Notes under the pieces: model-generated
Seen by the model: the letters and a program-made list of their open reading frames with translations, nothing else
Database searches by the model: none
Told to the model about the DNA's origin: nothing
Assembly: GCA_963663385.2 (NCBI GenBank)
Contig: CAXXXD010000003.1
Location: 800,001-864,000 of the forward strand
Reading direction: 5' to 3'
Source of the DNA: Oceanispirochaeta sp.
GTDB lineage: Bacteria; Spirochaetota; Spirochaetia; DSM-2461
DNA: 64,000 nt
Shown here: piece by piece, positions 58,119 through 64,000 of the stretch
How positions within the stretch are numbered: position 1 is the stretch's first letter
Layout of the letters: each line of letters opens with the position of its first letter
Translations under genes and position numbers: made by a program

Positions 58119-58851
58119 AAAAACTTCCCTTCAGGTGCCGGCCTCCGTCTACAAACAGAACCTGACCTGTAATAAATGTATTGTATATAAGAAAGGCAAG
58201 GCTGTCGGTTATCTGTTCCAGGGTCCCGATTTTTTTTAGGGGATTGGAATCGATCCTTTTTTTCAGATACTCCTCAGTCGCGCCCGGAGGCGGGATAATC
58301 AGGCCGGGGGCAATGGCGTTTACCCTGATAGAGGGCGCCAGCTCGCTGCTGAGTATCCTGGTCAGAGAGAACAGAGCCCGCTTGCTTAAATGATAGGCCA
58401 GGTGGCTGCTGTTATTATCGACAATTCTGGTATCCAGAAAATTAATGATACACTCGCCCCGGTTTTCCTGCCTGGCAAATTCCCTGGACAGGATAAACGG
58501 AGAGAGGGTATTGATCTGGTAATTAATTAGAAAATCCTCAATCTCCGTATCCTCCCAGGTCCCTCTGGGGAAGATAGAGGCTGAGTTTATCAGAATGTCC
58601 ACACCCTCAGTCTTGTTAAGGGCTTCGGTCATCAGCTTTTTACCGCTGTCCTTCTCCGAAAGATCCTGTTGAATAATCCAGGCTTTCTTTCCGTACATCC
58701 GGATGGAACGGGCCAGCTCATCCGCCTCTTCTTTAGAATTATTATAGTGGATTAAAATATCCGCCCCTTCCCGGGCCAGCTTCAGGGCGCAGGATCGGCC
58801 GATCCGGCGGGCGCTTCCCGTAATCAGTGCGGTTTTACCTGTTAAATTCAT
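58108..58851 (-). CDS. SDR oxidoreductase, pteridine reductase (FolM/PTR1)-like
   Basis: 'TGSARRIG', 'IHY', 'NSAS', YxxxK 'YHLSK', 'RVNAIAPG'; upstream of folB. Confidence 0.8.
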   Translation of the reverse strand: MNLTGKTALITGSARRIGRSCALKLAREGADILIHYNNSKEEADELARSIRMYGKKAWIIQQDLSEKDSGKKLMTEALNKTEGVDILINSASIFPRGTWEDTEIEDFLINYQINTLSPFILSREFARQENRGECIINFLDTRIVDNNSSHLAYHLSKRALFSLTRILSSELAPSIRVNAIAPGLIIPPPGATEEYLKKRIDSNPLKKIGTLEQITDSLAFLIYNTFITGQVLFVDGGRHLKGSFYGL

Positions 58852-58890
58852 ATCTTTCCGGTTTCTCCATTAAATCGAGTACGAACAACC

Positions 58891-60540
58891 TTATGGTTCA
58901 GGATTATTTCTGATTTCATCCACTACCCTGAGTATTTCCGGCAAAAGCTGTTTTTTCCGGGAGAGGATCCCGGGAAGGTCATATAGATTTTCTATGATTT
59001 TATTATAGATCAGATGCTTTTCACCTTCCTCATAGGATGTCATCATCAAATAGCTGGTTTCTTTTATAACATTGGTAATAAGAAGCATGGCCCAGTCAAG
59101 GTTATTATCTCTGCGGATTTTATCCAGTATGGGAAGGTAGTCCGGGGTTACGGATTCCACATCTTCCAGGGTAACAACTTCTGCCTGGGCAATCCCGATG
59201 GCAATGTTCTCTCTATAGATTTTGAAGTCGCCTTTCAGGATTTCTTCGGGATCCCCCTCTTTCAGAGAGGAATTCTGGCTGAAAAGTTCCTGTCCGTACT
59301 CATCCGGATTTACATCGGCTACAGCAGCCAGTTCTTCTACAGCGCTGCGGTCTTCTCCGGTGGTGGTGGGAGATTTAAGCAGTACCGTATCGGACAGAAT
59401 GCCCGAAAGAAGGAGGAGAGCTATCTCTTTTGTCAACTCGACTCCATGTGTTTTAAAATGAGTATAAACAATGGTACAGGTGCTTCCAACAGGCCTGGCA
59501 TAAACGTAAATCGGCTCTCTCGTGCTATTGTTTCCCAGGCGGTGATGATCCAGTATTTCCAGTATATTTGTCTGTTCTGCACCGGGAATACTCTGGGACA
59601 GTTCGTTATGGTCCATAAGGATCAGTTTTTTACTGGGTTTTTCAATAAAACAGCGGCGGGTAACAATCCCCGAAAACTGATCCCCCTCGAATACGGGAAG
59701 CCCCCGGAAGGAGGACTCCACCAGGGTTTTCTTGGCTGCGTCAAAGCTCTGATCACTGCTGATTTTAAGGGGGTGAGTATTCATAATACTCTTTAAAGGT
59801 GTGCTGAGCCTGAGCAGACGGATTGTTTCCGCCGTATCCGCATGGGAAACATACAGAGTCCCCCTGTAAATACTGAAATCCATGGGAATCTCTTCGTCCT
59901 TTGATATCCCTGTCAGTATGATGGCGGGAAACTGCTCCTGTACGGCATATTCCAGAATATCTGATCTTAAACCTATAACCAGAATGGGTTTCAAAGGGAG
60001 GAGCTGATTGATCCGTTCCTTGCTGATTTCGTAGGGCATGGCTCCTGTCATAATGGGCGCTTCGAACTCCTGCTTTTCACCTCTCCGGTAGAAGTACCCG
60101 GGCAGAACCTTTTTAAAGTTATTTATCCGGAAATGATAGGTGGGACGGTTTTCCAGATTATCACTGATCAGAAATCCTGATATTTCATGGAGGCTCACTG
60201 TCCCTTTGAATTCGGTTTCATCCCTGAACACGGGGATGAGACTCAGGTTCTGCTCATCCAGACGGCGGATAGCCGAAAACAGGGGGTCGTTCATATCCAT
60301 GGTCGGAATATCCCGTTTGGCCACATCCGCTACCTGGGGGCTGATATCCCGCATCAGCCGGGGCGGCGTAATACCCAGTCTGTTAAAAACCATCTTCGTC
60401 TGATTATTTAAACGTCCGCATCGGACAGGAATATAGTTGTTTTCCTTATCAATTGTATTTTTCAGTATGCTGTAGCACCAGGCGCTGCAAACTGAATCCA
60501 TATCGGGATTCTTGTGTCCTGTAATATATATGTCAGCCAG
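58891..60540 (-). CDS. ppaC: Family II Mn-dependent inorganic pyrophosphatase with CBS/DRTGG regulatory insert
   Basis: 'GHKNPD.DS', 'DHN', 'DHH', 'GSTCT', 'ILSDT', 'DFK', 'SRKKQ'; probable CTG start at 60540. Confidence 0.88.
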   Translation of the reverse strand: MADIYITGHKNPDMDSVCSAWCYSILKNTIDKENNYIPVRCGRLNNQTKMVFNRLGITPPRLMRDISPQVADVAKRDIPTMDMNDPLFSAIRRLDEQNLSLIPVFRDETEFKGTVSLHEISGFLISDNLENRPTYHFRINNFKKVLPGYFYRRGEKQEFEAPIMTGAMPYEISKERINQLLPLKPILVIGLRSDILEYAVQEQFPAIILTGISKDEEIPMDFSIYRGTLYVSHADTAETIRLLRLSTPLKSIMNTHPLKISSDQSFDAAKKTLVESSFRGLPVFEGDQFSGIVTRRCFIEKPSKKLILMDHNELSQSIPGAEQTNILEILDHHRLGNNSTREPIYVYARPVGSTCTIVYTHFKTHGVELTKEIALLLLSGILSDTVLLKSPTTTGEDRSAVEELAAVADVNPDEYGQELFSQNSSLKEGDPEEILKGDFKIYRENIAIGIAQAEVVTLEDVESVTPDYLPILDKIRRDNNLDWAMLLITNVIKETSYLMMTSYEEGEKHLIYNKIIENLYDLPGILSRKKQLLPEILRVVDEIRNNPEP

Positions 60541-60608
60541 AGTCTGCTCCTTCCTATCTTTACAGGAAAATCATAAACAGAATTATCCCTTCTGTCTATG
60601 AAGAGGAA

Positions 60609-61286
60609 TTATTCAGCAGGGATTTTATAGGCTTTTCCCGACTCTCTGAGGAGATGGCTGGATAACCATTTCGGGGCGTGTCCCGGTTCTGCGTCTCTGG
60701 CCCGGATGGGGGTATTCAATGCCATGTTGTCCGGATCCTTCAGGTTCATGGATGCTTTGACAATCCCTTCCCGGTAGTTGTGGTGTATATACTGTATGTT
60801 GCCGTCTCTGTCCGAGCTCACAACCATCCCTACATGAGTCAGTTCATCGTTGGTTCGGCCATCGTTATTCTTATCGTATGTATTATCCCAGAACAGCAGA
60901 TCTCCAGGGGACGGAGTATCCGTATTATAAAGGAGTCCCAGGTCTTTCAGATAGTTATTCAACCTCTGGACTCCTCCTCCGGAGTAAGACCCCAGGTTCC
61001 GGGTTAAATCGATTCCCGAGCGGTAATATACGGCCAATACGACTCCGGTGCAGTCCAGGTTGAATTTCCTCCCGTTTACCACAAGATTTTCCCGTCCGAG
61101 GGCCCATTCTGCCGAATTAACCAGGTCTGATTGAAGGCTGCTGAGGGAAGGCTGTTCAGAGGGCCCTTCCGATTGCCTTCTGGGATCGTCTTCGGGATTA
61201 TAGGCAATCGAAGCACAGGACAGAAAAGCGGGCAGGAGCAGGCATAAAAGAAAATACTTGAATTGTGTCTTTCCAATGGCGTACAT
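60609..61286 (-). CDS. NlpC/P60 family lipoprotein
   Basis: Lipobox 'FLSC'; catalytic 'DCTG', 'PGDLLFW', 'THVG', 'YIH'. Confidence 0.82.
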   Translation of the reverse strand: MYAIGKTQFKYFLLCLLLPAFLSCASIAYNPEDDPRRQSEGPSEQPSLSSLQSDLVNSAEWALGRENLVVNGRKFNLDCTGVVLAVYYRSGIDLTRNLGSYSGGGVQRLNNYLKDLGLLYNTDTPSPGDLLFWDNTYDKNNDGRTNDELTHVGMVVSSDRDGNIQYIHHNYREGIVKASMNLKDPDNMALNTPIRARDAEPGHAPKWLSSHLLRESGKAYKIPAE

Positions 61287-61380
61287 GAAATCTCCCGTTT
61301 GCAGACTTGTAAATTTATACCTGTTAATACTATTGTAGGTCAGTATTGTCGATCCTGTAAAGAATCCGGGGAGGTTGGGA

Positions 61381-62175
61381 ATGGAATATCCTGTCAGTTT
61401 AAGAAAGATGCGGACAGAGGAAGGTTCTCCCATTAAATACTATATGACCAGCGGGCAGGATGAGATCTGTATCAATGATCTTATCGGCAGGGAAGTGAGC
61501 CTTTTGTTTTCCGGCTCCATCCACTGTGTCATATGCGGCAGACGTATAAATAAAACCTTTGCTCAGGGAAGCTGTTACGACTGTTTCCGGAATGCCCCGG
61601 AAAATGCGGAATGTATCATCCGTCCGGAACTCTGCCGGGCCCATCTGGGAGAAGGACGTGATCCCGAGTGGGAGAAAAAGCACCACGACAGACCTCATTA
61701 TGTGTATCTAGCCCTGTCAAGCGCTGTCAAAGTGGGAGTTACCAGGGAGGATCAGATTCCCACCCGGTGGATTGATCAGGGAGCCAGTCAGGGGCTGATC
61801 CTGGCAGAGTGTCCGAACCGCTTCGAGGCGGGATCCCTTGAAGTGTATCTGAAGGATTATTTTACGGATAGGACAAACTGGCAGAGGATGCTGAAAAATC
61901 AGATTCTGGATGTCTCTCTGGAAGAGGTTAAAAGTAAGTTGATCTCAACTCTGCCCGATCATTTTCAGAGTATGGTTACCGGAGATTTTACTCCTCTGGA
62001 GCTGAACTATCCTGTCAGAAGCTATCCGGATAAAGTAAAATCTCTCAAACTGGAAAAATCCCCTCTTGTATCAGGAGTTCTGGAAGGAATCAAAGGTCAA
62101 TACTGGCTGTTTGAGAACGGTAATGTATGGAATGTCCGTTCACACAGTGGCTTTGATATAGTACTCACCTTTTAA
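61381..62175 (+). CDS. DUF2797-like conserved protein
   Basis: 'CVICG...C..CF', 'P..C.AHLG', 'HYVYLA', 'KVGVTR', 'RWIDQGA', 'GIKGQY'. Confidence 0.75.
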   Translation: MEYPVSLRKMRTEEGSPIKYYMTSGQDEICINDLIGREVSLLFSGSIHCVICGRRINKTFAQGSCYDCFRNAPENAECIIRPELCRAHLGEGRDPEWEKKHHDRPHYVYLALSSAVKVGVTREDQIPTRWIDQGASQGLILAECPNRFEAGSLEVYLKDYFTDRTNWQRMLKNQILDVSLEEVKSKLISTLPDHFQSMVTGDFTPLELNYPVRSYPDKVKSLKLEKSPLVSGVLEGIKGQYWLFENGNVWNVRSHSGFDIVLTF

Positions 62176-62205
62176 TAAGTTTTATGGATTAATAAGTTTT
62201 ATGGA
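62172..62205 (+). repeat. Perfect 17-bp tandem duplication
   Basis: TTAATAAGTTTTATGGA x2. Confidence 0.9.
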
Positions 62206-62286
62206 GCTCCTCTTAAAAAGTAGTTGACCGATCAGATAAATCGGGAGAGTATTAAAATCGGGTATAAACAAGGTATTAATAAAAAT

Positions 62287-63498
62287 ATGACCGCACAGAA
62301 AGTGACTCAGTCCGAAAATACGTCAATATTCGCAACTCCTGAGGTTTCAGCCGGTAATGCGGTTCCTCTGAAAATCCCTGTTACCCTTGTTCTGAATACG
62401 GTCGGCCTCAGTATGATGAGTATCAAGGATTCAAAGAGGGACAGGGGAAGTTCCGCCTATGAGGTAACACTCAAGGAGTATAAACCGGAGGTTATACAGA
62501 AACTCCTTATTCAGAGCTGCCTGCGCCGTATTGATATTTCATTGGATGACGTTATTGCCAACCGGCGTGAGATAATTGACTTTTCAAAACTTATTATGTT
62601 TTCAGTACTGTACAGGCAGTTCCGCCGTGAAGTGTTTGAAATGACAGTACGATCTCCTCTCATAAAGCAGTGGAACCGCCAGAATCCCCGTCAGCAGATA
62701 GATGCCTCTTCAGATACCTTATTGATGAAGATGGAACGATCCCTTTTAAATCGTAAAGAAGAAGTAAATCTGTTCCGCCAGACTATGATGAATAGACTCT
62801 GGAGCGATCACGGTTATCTCTTTCAGGGGGATGATGATCATCAGAAAAGGATGGGGATGGCCGGGAAACTGCTGCGTAATATCCATCCATTTACCCAGGT
62901 TGTGCTGCTTGATTACAGTAAAGCGCAGGATGTAAGGGTACTCACCCAGAATATTCTGAGCAAACTGGCCCTATATCTCAAGCGGTTCAGCCTGCCTGAA
63001 TACAATGCGCTGGTATTACTGGAATACCTGCAGTGTTCCGAACGGGAGAACCTTGTCGCCGAGTATAACCATATCCTCCAGTCCAATGGTCGTCAGGTAT
63101 CCGAATATCCCATGAATGAGATGATCCGGAAAGAATTGATAAAAAGAAAAATCACACCCCAGACCAGATTCAGTTTTATGTTTGAAAACCGGAGCAGCCA
63201 GACACGGGGCAATATGAGCCGTCTGCGTATGATGATCCTGAGCGGTGAGCGTGAGTCCCGCGGAATGAACGATATCCTTTTTCACAGGAAGAGTACGGTA
63301 CGCCTGAAAAAGAGCATAAAAGACTACCTCGAGAAGGAATGCAAGGATAGCTGTGAATGTGCCAATCCGGAAATTCTTCACTACTATATGAATCATCTTG
63401 AGGAAGTCTGCAGGGAAACCGGATGTAATTTCTCCTCATTTGTAAACTATGATAATGATCACAGCATTTCTATTACCCATATGATTTTCGACTGCTGA
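62287..63498 (+). CDS. Hypothetical protein
   Basis: About 400-aa ORF with no recognised motif; start uncertain (62224 TTG or 62287 ATG). Confidence 0.7.
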   Translation: MTAQKVTQSENTSIFATPEVSAGNAVPLKIPVTLVLNTVGLSMMSIKDSKRDRGSSAYEVTLKEYKPEVIQKLLIQSCLRRIDISLDDVIANRREIIDFSKLIMFSVLYRQFRREVFEMTVRSPLIKQWNRQNPRQQIDASSDTLLMKMERSLLNRKEEVNLFRQTMMNRLWSDHGYLFQGDDDHQKRMGMAGKLLRNIHPFTQVVLLDYSKAQDVRVLTQNILSKLALYLKRFSLPEYNALVLLEYLQCSERENLVAEYNHILQSNGRQVSEYPMNEMIRKELIKRKITPQTRFSFMFENRSSQTRGNMSRLRMMILSGERESRGMNDILFHRKSTVRLKKSIKDYLEKECKDSCECANPEILHYYMNHLEEVCRETGCNFSSFVNYDNDHSISITHMIFDC

Positions 63499-63630
63499 TA
63501 AGCAAAATGCGACAACTCCAGTCATATTTTCTTTCTCCGTATTCTCCCTCTGTGATGATTGGCAAGCCTTTTTATTAGTGATAACCTTGCTTCAGATTGC
63601 AAATTTCACAATATTAGGGATAACAAAAAA

Positions 63631-64000
63631 ATGAAAAGAAAATTGAAACTGCCAATGGCAATCCTGTTTCTGCTTTTGCTCATGGCAAGCCCGGTCTTTG
63701 CCAGTGGAGGTGAAGAAAGCCTGACTGAAAAAATGACAGAACTGGTTTTTGAGATTGGTATTATCCTTTTTGCCGCCCGTCTGGGTGGTGCCGTCATGAA
63801 AAAGTTGAACATGCCCTCAGTTCTCGGGGAGCTGCTGATGGGGATCGTAATCGGACCTTACCTGTTGGGCAGTATCGCTCTTCCCGGGTTTCATCTCGGA
63901 CTGTTTCCCCTGATGGATGGGAGTATTCCCGTTTCTCCCGAGCTGTATGGAATCTCGACTATCGCTTCTATTATTCTTCTGTTTCATTCCGGACTTGAAA
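63631..64000 (+). CDS. Cation:proton antiporter (CPA2/KefB-like), truncated by the window end
   Basis: Translated manually: MKRKLK...GIILFAARLGG...MPSVLGELLMGIVIGPYLLG...IILLFHSGLE. Confidence 0.85.
   Translation, partial: MKRKLKLPMAILFLLLLMASPVFASGGEESLTEKMTELVFEIGIILFAARLGGAVMKKLNMPSVLGELLMGIVIGPYLLGSIALPGFHLGLFPLMDGSIPVSPELYGISTIASIILLFHSGLE

Noticed and set aside
1..64000. CRISPR array, IS element, prophage or defence system
   Set aside because: No regularly spaced repeats, transposase, integrase, phage or defence motifs were recognised.

Overview
This is a gene-dense bacterial chromosome segment from a fermentative anaerobe, probably a free-living spirochaete (Spirochaetaceae-like). 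That placement is inferred from gene content and the '...AGGxQE'-type signal peptides of the binding proteins, not proven. Left to right it holds: three carbohydrate ABC importer loci without ATPases (one with a URO-D/MtaA-family enzyme and LacI regulator; one with a phosphodiester-glycosidase-like protein, a GT-A-fold protein and an XRE/SorC regulator; one with a NarL-type two-component system); a five-gene hydCBA-nfnAB electron-bifurcation operon; gatCAB-aspS(ND) next to asnS; mixed housekeeping genes; hsp20-hsp20-htrA; a metal (probably zinc) uptake operon; porCDAB with a divergent sigma-54 activator; an mtnA remnant and a 3'-half tRNA-Leu (att-like scar); folate/pterin genes; and a CBS-pyrophosphatase that appears to start at CTG. 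No CRISPR array, intact RNA gene, transposase or integrase was seen. The best candidates for an undescribed system are: (1) the metal-uptake operon led by an 82-aa ribbon-helix-helix plus Cys/His protein with a perfect 17-bp inverted-repeat operator; (2) the sugar-phosphodiester-like uptake locus with its own operator; (3) a likely NADP(H)-type HydABC co-transcribed with NfnAB. All product calls come from motif recognition by eye; no database searches were run.
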